DNA of 64,000 bases from Promethearchaeota archaeon Loki_b32 (GTDB lineage Archaea; Asgardarchaeota; Lokiarchaeia; Sigyniarchaeales; SOKP01), in assembly GCA_005223125.1 (NCBI GenBank), contig NJBH01000003.1, positions 32,001 through 96,000 of the forward strand. Reading direction: 5' to 3'. The number at the start of each line of letters is the position of its first letter. The first letter of the stretch is position 1. Under the pieces are notes generated by a model. It was not told where the DNA came from and did not search any database. It saw only the letters and a list, made by a program, of their open reading frames with translations. Shown here one piece after another: positions 10,668 to 21,078 of the stretch. The translations under genes and the position numbers were made by a program.

Positions 10668-11915
10668 ATGGGAAGACAAGTTTGTATCGCTAGCGCTGGA
10701 TTCAGCGAACATGCTTCAAAAAGATCTGATGTGAATATGCCAGAATTAGTCAGTGAAGCAATTGAAGATTGTTTAAAAAAAGTTCCAAGTGTCAGTGTAA
10801 ATGACATCGATGCTTTTGTTAATGGGAATATGCCTGCCTTTGAAGGTTCTAATATACCAGAATTATGGATGACTGATTGGATGGGAGCACGAAACAAACC
10901 ATTAATGAGAATTACAACTGGTGGAACAACGGGAGGATCAGTCGCTATTGGTGGATATTATACTGTAACAGCAGAATTACCAGGGATCGACACAGTTTTG
11001 GCAATAGCATTTGAACAACAATCCCAAGGGGACACTAGCACGGGCTTAGCTTCTGTTGCATATGGGGAAATATCAGTTCTAAACACTTTAGGCATTTCTT
11101 ATGAACAATTAACCCAATTATTATCTGCTGGCGCCGCAATTGGAGTTGCTTCTTACCAAGCTACTAATTATATGCGTAGAAGTAAAATTACGGAAGAAGA
11201 CTTAGCTAGAGTTGTTGTACAAAATAGACATAATGCTGCTAATACTTGGTGGGCTCATTTGAAAATGCCCGATCTAACAATCGCAGATGTATTAGAAACA
11301 CCATATATTTCATATCCTTTAAGATATGGTATGGTTTGTCCTGCGTCGGATGGAGCATGCGCCATGTTATTTACTACTGAAGAAAAAGCAAAAGATCTAT
11401 GCGATATACCTGTTTATGTAAATGGAGTAGGTAGTGTAGCTAATGAATCAGGAGTGCTAGGATATAATGGTAGTGGTGCTGGTCAATTAGATACTTCTGA
11501 ACAATTAGGAGCAATGAAATCTGCAGAACTTGCTTTTGGGCAGGCAGGCATTTCATTTCCAAGGAAAGAAATTGACTATGCTGAGGTTTATTCGCCTTTT
11601 CCAAACCAAGAACTAATGTGGATTGAAAGGTTAGGGTTGTTTGAGGAAAATACAGCTTCAGAAATGTATGAAACGGGTGTTACAGCTCTTAATGGAGAGT
11701 TACCAATAAATTGTTCTGGTGGAGTTAATTCAACTAACGCGATTGGAGCTTCAGCCATGGAAAGACCTGCAGTAGCAGCACTTCAGATTATGGGTAAAGC
11801 TAGTAATCAAGTACCAAAAACGGTACACACCGCTATTGGTCATGGATGGGGAGGTATTATAAATTTAATTACGATGATGGTGATGTCAAATAAACCTACA
11901 AGGAAAATTAAGTAA
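10668..11915 (+). CDS. Thiolase-fold Ltp3-like protein (putative retro-aldolase subunit)
   Basis: FEG..IPELWMTDWMGARNKPLMRITTGGTTGGS, AEVYSPF, SGGVNSTNAIGAS resemble Ltp3. Confidence 0.75.
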   Translation: MGRQVCIASAGFSEHASKRSDVNMPELVSEAIEDCLKKVPSVSVNDIDAFVNGNMPAFEGSNIPELWMTDWMGARNKPLMRITTGGTTGGSVAIGGYYTVTAELPGIDTVLAIAFEQQSQGDTSTGLASVAYGEISVLNTLGISYEQLTQLLSAGAAIGVASYQATNYMRRSKITEEDLARVVVQNRHNAANTWWAHLKMPDLTIADVLETPYISYPLRYGMVCPASDGACAMLFTTEEKAKDLCDIPVYVNGVGSVANESGVLGYNGSGAGQLDTSEQLGAMKSAELAFGQAGISFPRKEIDYAEVYSPFPNQELMWIERLGLFEENTASEMYETGVTALNGELPINCSGGVNSTNAIGASAMERPAVAALQIMGKASNQVPKTVHTAIGHGWGGIINLITMMVMSNKPTRKIK

Positions 11916-11932
11916 ATGGAGGTATTAAAAAA

Positions 11933-12463
11933 ATGTCGAAAAGAACTCAAAGAAAATCAATGGGTTATATTAAAAAAGATTATATAAGAACTCGAACAAT
12001 GCCAGGCAGCTGGTATCTTTCCAGTTATAGGTTTAAATTCAATATAACTCACTTTAAACCTTTTCAGGACAAATTAAAAGAGAGAAAATTAGTAGGTTTA
12101 CAGTGTTCGAGCTGTAATCGAGTTTTCTTTCCACCTAGACTTATCTGTGGTAAATGTTTTGTAAAACCAGATCGATGGGTGGATTTACGTGAAACAGGGA
12201 GAGTTGCTACATTTACTATAACATACTTGAAGGATCTGGAAACTGGAGAAGTATCAGAAAGACCCGTTGTATTAGTTCAACAAGATGGATCTGATACTAC
12301 ATATACTGCTCAATTAAGCCCTGATGTGGATTATAAGGATACATATATAGGAATGCCAGTTAAGGTCCACTGGGCCGAAGAACCTACAGGGGGCTTAATG
12401 GATATTCAATTTTATGATTTAGTTGAAGATAATTCAAAAGATTTAGAATTACGTAAAGATTAA
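11933..12463 (+). CDS. DUF35 (Zn-ribbon + OB-fold) protein
   Basis: CSSCNRVFFPPRLICGKC; IGMPVKVHW. Confidence 0.85.
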   Translation: MSKRTQRKSMGYIKKDYIRTRTMPGSWYLSSYRFKFNITHFKPFQDKLKERKLVGLQCSSCNRVFFPPRLICGKCFVKPDRWVDLRETGRVATFTITYLKDLETGEVSERPVVLVQQDGSDTTYTAQLSPDVDYKDTYIGMPVKVHWAEEPTGGLMDIQFYDLVEDNSKDLELRKD

Positions 12464-12518
12464 TTATTTTTTTTTTATTTTTTATAATTTACTCTTAGTA
12501 ATATTGAATATATCATTT

Positions 12519-13583
12519 TCAAGCACTTAGATAATTAGTTAATACATTGCTAATTTTTTCAATAGAATACTGTATATCATCTTCAAATATTCCATAATGA
12601 GTTACAAATCTAATTTTTTCTTTACTGATATTGAAAGCTAAAATCCCATCTTTTCCAAGCGTATTTACTATTTTAAATATACGTACATTTTTCTTAAGTT
12701 CAACAATTACAATATTTGTTTCTGGTTTATGTACATTTATAGGTAAATCATAAGATTCAATTCCTTCAGCAAGTAGTTTTGCGTTTTTATGATCTTCTTC
12801 GAGTCGGTCAATCCATTTTTGCTCAAGCGCTATTAATCCAAAAGATGCAATTATTCCAGCTTGACGCATGCCTCCACCAAGCATTTTTCGATATCTCCTA
12901 GCATTTGTGATAAATTCTTTTGATCCAGCAACAATTGATCCAACTGGACAAGATAATCCTTTAGATAGACAAAACATGACACTATCAATATGTCTGGTGA
13001 ATTCTGTAATCGGAACTTTAAGGCTTACTGCTGCATTAAATATTCTTGCTCCATCTAAATGTAATTTTAAATCATTCTTGTCTGAAAACTCCTTCATATC
13101 TTTAATTACTTCCGGTCGAATAATTACTCCTCCGTGATAATTGTGAGTATTTTCTACAGAAAAGAGAGTTGTAGGTGGTTCATGTATATCCTCTCTATCA
13201 CGAATTAGTTTTTGGAGTTGATCAAATGAAGGAACACCTTTATTCGAAGGATAAGTCCTAATCATTAATCCTCCAATACGAGCAGCACTACCTACCTCAT
13301 TTTTGTATATATGACTTAATTCTTCTAATAGAATCTCATCACCAGGATTAGTTTGTGAGAGTAATGAAACTAAATTTCCTTGTGTCCCAGAAGTAACAAA
13401 TAATGCTGCTTCTTTACCAATAACTTCAGCTGCTCTTTTTTCCAGTTTATTTACGGTGGGATCTTCTCCTTCAACATCATCTCCAATTTTGGAATCATCA
13501 AGTGATCTGAGCATCTCCCACATTTCTTCAGATGGCTTGGTAACAGTATCAGAACGAAAATCTACAATTTTCAATTTAATCAA
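12519..13583 (-). CDS. ltaE: Low-specificity L-threonine aldolase (intact copy)
   Basis: DFRSDTVT, SGTQGN, ENTHN, HLDGARIFNA, CLSKGLSCPVGS (PLP Lys), GGGMRQAG. Confidence 0.92.
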   Translation of the reverse strand: MIKLKIVDFRSDTVTKPSEEMWEMLRSLDDSKIGDDVEGEDPTVNKLEKRAAEVIGKEAALFVTSGTQGNLVSLLSQTNPGDEILLEELSHIYKNEVGSAARIGGLMIRTYPSNKGVPSFDQLQKLIRDREDIHEPPTTLFSVENTHNYHGGVIIRPEVIKDMKEFSDKNDLKLHLDGARIFNAAVSLKVPITEFTRHIDSVMFCLSKGLSCPVGSIVAGSKEFITNARRYRKMLGGGMRQAGIIASFGLIALEQKWIDRLEEDHKNAKLLAEGIESYDLPINVHKPETNIVIVELKKNVRIFKIVNTLGKDGILAFNISKEKIRFVTHYGIFEDDIQYSIEKISNVLTNYLSA

Positions 13584-13845
13584 GACTTTATTTATTATAA
13601 GTTAAATCTCTATAATGTATCATAAAAATAAAAGAGTATGATAATAAGTGATATGATCAATAATTTGAAATTTCATTTTAGGACGCAAAACAGAAGTTCA
13701 AATTCAAAATTTCAATACCATAATCTTTTAATCGAAGAATCTCATTTAATCTAAAAAATTTGTCATCAAAGATTGAGATATCAAATTAATAGACGTAATT
13801 AAAAAAATAAAAAAAAATTTTAAATTTTATTTAAAGTTAAGTAAA

Positions 13846-14595
13846 TTACAAACCTGGAATTCCTGTTCGTTTGTGAACGATATCTAATCCTTTGGAAATA
13901 ATCGCAATTGTGACTAGAAAGATAATAGCGACAAGGATGTAGGTAGTTAGCGATATAGCCGTAACTGACACGATAGATTTCGCCTGAGCAAATAGTTCGG
14001 TGGCTCCAACTAAAGAAACAACGACAGTATATTTAGGAAGGTATGCTGCTTCATTAGACCACGAAGGAATGACACGGCGTAGTGTTTGTGGTAATACAAC
14101 ATGGCGAATACCAGCTAGACGAGACATGCCCAATGATTGGGCAGCCATTAACTGCCCAGTCCCTACCGACATAAAAGATCCACAGAAGTATTCAGCTTGA
14201 TAGGCTGCACTATTTAGACCTAGTGTGATTAGGGCGACTAAAGTTCGGTGATTTAGGAGGATGATAGTGATATCCTTATCTAGTATTTTGAAGCTAGTAT
14301 CTAATCCCTAGCTTCCCACTGGGATATTTAGGCTAACGTGAAGAAAATAAATGAATAATAATTACGCGAGCAAAGGTGTACCACGCATAAACTCAATATA
14401 CACGATAGCAATTCGTGAGAGAATCCAACCACCATACTGACGGAGAGTAGCTAGGATAAGACCAAGAAAAAAGCCCATCATAAGCGCCCATGCATACAAC
14501 CACATCGTCAATAAAAAACCTGAGAAGATATGATCACAGTATTCTAGGACAGTAAGAAGTTCGGCTATGGGATTAGTAGTACCTTGAAATATCAT
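13846..14595 (-). pseudogene. Polar amino-acid ABC permease pseudogene
   Basis: Collinear with the intact paralog 22893..23642. In-frame TAA at 14362-14364 (Gln in the paralog) and TAG at 14308-14310 (Trp position); the frame is otherwise preserved. Confidence 0.85.
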
Positions 14596-15322
14596 TTACT
14601 TTCCTCCTCATATGATTGCTTTAAAAGCTCTTCATGGCTTCCATATAATATCTGAAGCTGTTTGAGAAATTTTTTTACTCGATCAGACTTAGGCGAGGTG
14701 AAGAAATGTTTAGGAGTTCCCTGTTCTAAGATAACTCCATCACCGAGAAAAATCATTTCTGATGCAACAGCTCTCGCGAAACCCATTTCGTGAGTGACAA
14801 CTATCATTGTAGTACCTGCTTTAGCAATATCCAACATCACTTGGAGTACTTCGCCAATCAGTTCAGGATCTAAAGCAGAAGTAGGCTCGTCAAACAAGAT
14901 TACATCTGGCTCCATGGCCAAAGCACGTGCAATACCTACACGTTGTTGTTGTCCACCAGATAGTTCTGCAGGATAGTGATCAGCCCATTGCTCCATTTTA
15001 ACTTGTTGCAATGCCTCTAGTGCCTTTGCGCGAGCTTCTTCCTTTAAAAGACCTTTCACCCGGCGAAGCCCTATACTAACATTATCTATCGCTTTGAGAT
15101 GAGAAAATAGATTAAAAGTTTGGAATACCATGCCGATCCTTGCTCGTATCGTATTAAGATTTATTCCAGATGCCATAAAATTCTGTCCACGAAGATATAC
15201 TTCACCCTTATCTGGTGGGCTTAGCATATTGATGCAACGAAGTAGTGTACTTTTACCAGAACCACTTGGCCCAAATATTACCTTGACTTCTCGCTCTGCT
15301 ACTTCGAGTGAAACACCCTTAA
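14592..15322 (-). pseudogene. Polar amino-acid ABC ATPase, 5'-truncated
   Basis: Frame extends upstream of the ORF-track start through GPSGSGKST. Homology to 23639..24430 stops at about 15322, and there is no in-frame start before an upstream TGA. Confidence 0.8.
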
Positions 15323-15897
15323 TAAATCCGGAGCAATTCCAAGATAAAGATTTAATGGTATTTCCCTGTTTAGTGTCACATTCAAAATTTTCTCAGAGGG
15401 GAATTGGGAAACAATTAATTGAAGCAGCAGAGAAAGAAACTTTCAATCAAAAGCGAAAGGGAATTGCAACGATTGGTTATTTTTGGGATTTTTGGTTTAT
15501 GCCTGCAAAGTATTTTTTAAACCTTGGTTTTAAAGTCATGGTAAGGAGGGGTGAAGAAACAATATTATAGAAACAGTTTGATCAAACTGCAGAACCACCT
15601 ACATTTAGGGAAGAAAACTATAAATTTAAACCCATTAAAGGAAAAGTGGTAATAGATCTATTTTGGAGTACTTTCTGTTTAACCAGTGATGTTGAAGCCC
15701 AAAGAGTTCGAGAAATAGTCTCAGAATATGGAGGTACTGTGATTTCAAATGAATATTCTGCTGATAATCAATCAATTTTACAACAATATGGTATTTCTCG
15801 AAGAATCTATGTGAATGGTAAAATAGTTGAAGTGAGTCCAGAAATAGAAAAAGAAGAGCTTAGACAAGAAATTGAAAATGCTAAAATAAAGATTTAG
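15322..15897 (+). pseudogene. GNAT acetyltransferase with thioredoxin-like C-terminus (YoaP-like), 5'-truncated, internal amber stop
   Basis: QRGIGKQLI acetyl-CoA motif. TAG at 15568-15570 is followed in frame by KQFDQTAEPP...VVIDLFW, joining ORF 15646..15897. Confidence 0.75.
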
Positions 15898-17030
15898 CTT
15901 TGCGAATTTTTTAACTCCATAATTAATTCATGTATGCGACTAAGTGCTTGGGTAAGGTAATCTTGCGGCAGTCCAAAACCAATCCGAAGGAACTTGTCCA
16001 TACCGAAAAAATCCCCTGGTATAATGAGTACATTCTTTTCCTTTCGCAAACGCTCTGCAAATTCAGTAGAATTGATATCTAAGTGATAACGTAAGAAAAG
16101 GATTGCAGCTGCTTGTGGAGGTATAAAACTGAATGTATTTTTGTGGTTATCCATCCATGATTGTAAAACCAGATATCCATTACGAATGAACTTACGAGTA
16201 CGCTTGATAATGCGCGGTCTTACTTTAGGGGACAAGGCGATCGCAGCGAGTTTGTTTGATAACATCGTGGCACTGATTGTAGTATACTCGTGTCGTGCCC
16301 AAATATTATCTATAGTATCAATAGGACCGAGTACCCAGCCAATACGAAGTCCAGGTAAACCATATGCTTTACTCATACTACCCACCGCTAGTACTTTGTC
16401 GTATCGTCCATAAAATGAAGGAGTTTGATCGTTTATCAAACGTTCAGTACCATTATAGACTTCATCGGCCAAAATCCATGCACCAACTCGTTCTGCTGCA
16501 TTAACAATAGCATCCATTTCATTCTCAGTAAGGATATAACCAGTAGGGTTATTAGGATTACATACGGCGATGAGTTTGGTATTTTTTGTCACTTTTTCTT
16601 GTAATTCATCTAAGTCAGGTGCCCAACCATTTTCCTCGAGTAGATGGAGTGTTCTTAACCTAAAATTATTGTTCTTGGCAATACCCCAAATTTGCATGTA
16701 ATTTGGTAGCATCATGACGATTTCATCACCAGCAGCAAGTAAAGTACGGATAGCATTATAATTGGCTTCAATTGCCCCTACCGTAACCAAAACATTGTCC
16801 GCCGTAGCACCATCATATAACACAGCAATATTTTCCCTTAGTTCGGGGATGCCATTAACATGTGGATAATTCAGATCAGTAGCAAGAAGATGATTGATAT
16901 AATCTGGATCATCTGAAAGTAATTCGCTGAGCGACATTGGATGAACACTACTTTCGGTCAGGTTGAACTCAACATCCTGCTCAAACTTGGACATCCAGCG
17001 TTCTTTAGCAAAGGGTTGAAATTTTTGCAT
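15894..17030 (-). CDS. Class I/II PLP aminotransferase
   Basis: NPNNPTG, ADEVY, SMSKAYGLPGLRIGW. Confidence 0.9.
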   Translation of the reverse strand: MQKFQPFAKERWMSKFEQDVEFNLTESSVHPMSLSELLSDDPDYINHLLATDLNYPHVNGIPELRENIAVLYDGATADNVLVTVGAIEANYNAIRTLLAAGDEIVMMLPNYMQIWGIAKNNNFRLRTLHLLEENGWAPDLDELQEKVTKNTKLIAVCNPNNPTGYILTENEMDAIVNAAERVGAWILADEVYNGTERLINDQTPSFYGRYDKVLAVGSMSKAYGLPGLRIGWVLGPIDTIDNIWARHEYTTISATMLSNKLAAIALSPKVRPRIIKRTRKFIRNGYLVLQSWMDNHKNTFSFIPPQAAAILFLRYHLDINSTEFAERLRKEKNVLIIPGDFFGMDKFLRIGFGLPQDYLTQALSRIHELIMELKNSQS

Positions 17031-17288
17031 TTTATTGTTTTACTATTTGGAATTAATTTAAAAGAGTATTAAATCTATTTTAAATCTTCTTTGATCTATT
17101 ATTTTTCTTAATCAATTGTACAATTATTCTATTTGATAAATCGAAGTATGTCTCTAGGTTACCTTAAATCAAAATTTCAATTAAGAATTTCAATATTATT
17201 CTAATATATCTATATATAGATTTTCGATCAATTCTTTAAAATCTTGAATTTAATGTTTAACAGAAGTTTTGTTTCCATCAGAAAAATA

Positions 17289-19075
17289 GATTAATTCCTA
17301 AATCTTGTGTATATATAAATGATTTTTTCTTAATTAATAAAATTGCGCACTTCACCTCCAAGCTGTAATTGCATGCGATTTACTATGTGATCGAGCCCCT
17401 GTCGATTCAAACTTGCTTTAAAAGGCGCTTTCACGCGTTTATTGAGCCATTCCATGTTTGCACGACAGGCTTTTCCTAATTCGGGATATTCGAGAAAAAC
17501 TTTAGCAAACGCTATTATTTCAGATTTATATTTTTTGAGCGTTGTTATAGCAGTGTTTAATTTATCGGAGTAATTCTTTTTTTGAGTTAAGGCGTCTATT
17601 TGCCGACCATCTATAACCTTATAGGGTTCTCGATAAATTTCTCCTATCATTAACGTCATTTCGCGATATTCCCGGAGAATCGGATGTTGCTTTAAGAATT
17701 CTTCTATAATCGCTTCTACTTTAGGAGACACCTTTTCGGGCTGTTTAAAAAGAAGAAATTGCTTTTTACTGAATTCTCGTGCCTCTTCTTTCAGCGGTTT
17801 TCTAAAACTAACACAGAGTGTCTTCAATTTTTTCAAGAGCTCTCCTTGGACACGATTGCGTCCTTTAATGGTAAACTTCCGTTTTGGGAATTTAGAGCGC
17901 AAAACATCGCAAAACTCCTTTACTCTTTCGCCGTGTTCTTTTAAAAGCTTTTTAAGCTCCACGTCAAAAACGATAAAAAAAGAGTGAGGATCCCATAGGG
18001 TTAAAAGAAAAAGTAGCTTCTTTATGACATCGCTACATGTTTTTGCTCCGGAATGGGAAGGGGTAATACTTTTTAAAGGAGGAATGCTTTCAAGGGTAAG
18101 GAGATCTGCGTGCTTACGCATCTCTTGGAGTCCATTAAGATAAGAACGAAGCTCTAAAAATTCATTTATTTCATTACGATAATGTTTAGCCCTGTAATAC
18201 TTGAAATCTCGTCTTATCCCGTTATTGAGTTCTCGCATGACGTGAAAGCCGTCAATTTGAACGGTAGATTCAGGAAAAATCGCCTTGATTGATGCGATTA
18301 ATGCGGGACTAAAATCGCACGTGATAATATAAGGGTTAATGGGTGCTTTTTTTCTTACGGCGAGTAAAGAACGGCAGCCATTCTCGAAATCTTCTACTCC
18401 CACCAGGTCAGTAAGTATATTCCGTCTGACAACTTGACTGCTGATGACAATTGCACATCGTTTTTTTTTCCTAAAAGCTTATTTCCTAAACTAAAACCCG
18501 TTCCATCGATCATTAGTGCTTTATACACTTCTAATGCCTTCTCAGGCTCGGCTTTAAATTCACTTTTCATGAAGTCTTCAGTTAAAGCATTGATCCATGA
18601 GTAAATCGTCTTAGGAAGCATCTGAACGCTAAAATATTTCGCAAGCTGAGCCGCAATTCTGTTTCCTGAGACATTATCTTGAAAATGGAGAGACAAGGCC
18701 GTTTGAATTATACTTCTTGAATATTCATATCCCTTAGGGTAATCGGGGTGTTGTGGCGTGTATTTATTCCTGCAATTCTCACATTCAAAGGTAGCTACAT
18801 GGAGTTCCACAAATAATTCTGTAATAATATTTCCAAGCTCGGATATTGTCCTTTTATGGCTTGTCCTTATTGCAATTTCACCACTTCCGCAAGATGGGCA
18901 CGCTTTTGGTGCATATTGGTGGGTAGAGATCTTCACGATTTCTTTTTTGACGCATCAACTAAAGTCCATAAATTCAAAAGCAGTAAATTTTGTTATAATA
19001 AGCTGTGATATCTATGTGATACCTTCAAACGAAAACTTTTTTTTTTTGCCCATACACAAAGTTTAGGAATTAATC
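17289..19075 (-). mobile_element. IS element (ISL3/IS256-Mutator-like DDE transposase) with 24-bp terminal inverted repeats
   Basis: 17289-17312 gattaattcctaaatcttgtgtat vs reverse complement of 19052-19075 gattaattcctaaactttgtgtat (22/24); encloses two transposase ORFs. Confidence 0.85.
17330..18936 (-). CDS. Transposase encoded in two overlapping frames (18936..18394 and, via -1 shift at A9 18469-18461, ..17330)
   Basis: N-terminal CPSC...CENC Zn finger, HTH and IDGT in ORF A; CDF, DGFH and NMEWLNKRVK (Glu) in ORF B. Confidence 0.8.
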
Positions 19076-19108
19076 AATTTTTTTGAATAATAGGGAAAAT
19101 ATCTGTTT

Positions 19109-20078
19109 TCATTCACTTAGAAACTTGTTTAATACATTACTAATTTTTTCAATAGAATATTGTATATCATCTTTATTTATTCCGTAATGAGTTACAAATC
19201 TGATTTTTTCTTTACTGATATTGAAAGCTAAAATCCCCTCTTTTCCAAGGGTATTTACTATTTTAAATATGCGTGTCTTTTTCTTAAGTTCAACAATTAC
19301 AATATTAGTTTCTGGTTTATGTACATTTATAGGTAAATCACTAGTTTCAATTCCTTCAGCAAGTAGCTTTACATTTTCATGATCTTCCTCAAGTCTGTTA
19401 ATCCATTTTTGTTCAAGTGCAATTAAACCAAAAGAAGCAATTATTCCAGCTTGACGCATACCTCCACCAAGCATTTTTCGATATCTCCTAGCATTCGTGA
19501 TAAATTCCTTGGATCCCGCAACAATTGAACCCACTGGACAAGAAAGTCCTTTAGATAGACAAAACATTACGCTATCAACATATTTAGTGAACTCTGTAAC
19601 AGGGATTTTTAGGCTTACTGCTGCATTAAATATCCTCGCTCCATCTAAATGTAATTTTAAATCATTCTTTTCTGAAAATCCCTTCATCTCCTTAATTATT
19701 TCTGGTTGGATAATCACTCCTCCATGATAATTATGAGTGTTTTCTACAGAAAAGAGAGTAGTTGGTGGCTCATGTATATCTTCTTTATCACAAATTAATT
19801 TTTGAAGTTGATCAAATGAAGGAACACCTTTATTCGAGGGATAAGTTCTAATCATTAATCCGCCAATACGTGCAGCACTACCTACCTCATTTTTGTAAAT
19901 ATGACTTAATTCTTCTAAGAGAATCTGCTTTTTCTTCTAACTCATTAACAGTAGGATCTTCTCCTTCAACATCATCTCCAATTTTTGAGTCATCCAAAGA
20001 CCTTAGCATTTCCCACATTTCAGGAGATGGTTTGGTTACGGTATCAGAACGAAATTCAACTACTCTCGAATTAATCAA
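19109..20078 (-). pseudogene. ltaE: L-threonine aldolase pseudogene (second ltaE copy)
   Basis: Aligns with 12519..13583 but lacks 95 bp (equivalent to 13337-13431), causing a frameshift near 19926; length 970 = 1065-95. Confidence 0.88.
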
Positions 20079-20155
20079 GACTTCATCAATAAAAGTTAAA
20101 ATTCTATAATGTTTCATTAAAATAAAAGAGTGTATTAAAAGCAATAAGATAATTA

Positions 20156-20995
20156 TTAAAATTTATAATAAACCTCATTTATAGATTTTCCTACAATTTC
20201 AATTTCATCCAAATCTGCTATACCAAGTTGTTTTTTTTCTCCATATTTTAAATATTTGACTTTATCCCACCCAAATCCTATGATTTCGCTCCCAACTCTA
20301 TCAACAGCCACAGGATCTTCTCCAGCTATAATTAAATCCATTTGGATAGGTTTGCCTCCTAGCTCCCATCCATCTGACTCAATAATTGCATCAATGATTT
20401 GAAATTTCATTTTAGGTCGTAACACAGAAACTAAATCAGTTATTTTTTTATGGATACTCGAGTGCATTATACTTTTTGGCATAATAGTACCCATCATATT
20501 TTTCATGCTTAATGTTGTTCTAGCCAAATTATGTGTTTTTAATGAGGGAACCGAAATAATACAACTAGCCTCCATAGCTGTCTTCACTATATTAACAGTT
20601 TTTAATGACAAAGGATTAGGAATTTCAATGTCATTTACAATTTCATCATTATTTAAATCCATAATTTTGATTCCATAATCCTTCAAACGAATAATTTCAT
20701 TTAATTTGAAAAATTCCTCAGCTATACCAAAAGATCCTCCATCACCAACTATTAATTTTTCAGGATCTATTTTAGCTTCTTGTATAAGATATATAACAAT
20801 TCCTTCTAACGTATCTGTTGAAGTTATGTTTCCAGTAGTAAAATGCTCGGAGGTTACCCAATTTGGATTTATTATAATTTTTTTTTCTGAATTAGTTATC
20901 AATTCCTTTAGAGGAATCATTTTAAGAATTCTTAAAACTACCGCTTGAATAGTTTCATGGGATTTTCTTTTAATTACATAAACTTTTGTTTTCAT
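20156..20995 (-). CDS. DUF362 domain-containing protein
   Basis: IINPNWV, VGDGGS, ISVPSLKTHNLARTTLSMKNMMG, DPVAVD. Start ATG 20995; the ORF-track start at 21100 lies inside an IS end. Confidence 0.8.
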   Translation of the reverse strand: MKTKVYVIKRKSHETIQAVVLRILKMIPLKELITNSEKKIIINPNWVTSEHFTTGNITSTDTLEGIVIYLIQEAKIDPEKLIVGDGGSFGIAEEFFKLNEIIRLKDYGIKIMDLNNDEIVNDIEIPNPLSLKTVNIVKTAMEASCIISVPSLKTHNLARTTLSMKNMMGTIMPKSIMHSSIHKKITDLVSVLRPKMKFQIIDAIIESDGWELGGKPIQMDLIIAGEDPVAVDRVGSEIIGFGWDKVKYLKYGEKKQLGIADLDEIEIVGKSINEVYYKF

Positions 20996-21078
20996 ATTTA
21001 AAGAATTTATCTCAAGTAAAAGGATTAAGATATTAAAATATTTAAAGTAATTAAAGAAATTAAAAAAAAACTTTAATG

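Noticed and set aside
14308-15570. In-frame TAG codons (14308-14310 and 15568-15570) as pyrrolysine or amber recoding
   Set aside because: Both are plausible TGG->TAG changes in genes already broken by a TAA or a 5' deletion, and TAG is used as a normal stop elsewhere in the window.
15130-15570. 146-aa ORF as a real novel protein
   Set aside because: The N-half is the antisense of the ABC ATPase; it is an artefact of the deletion junction.
19887-20144. 85-aa ORF as a separate gene
   Set aside because: It is the frameshifted N-terminus of the ltaE pseudogene.
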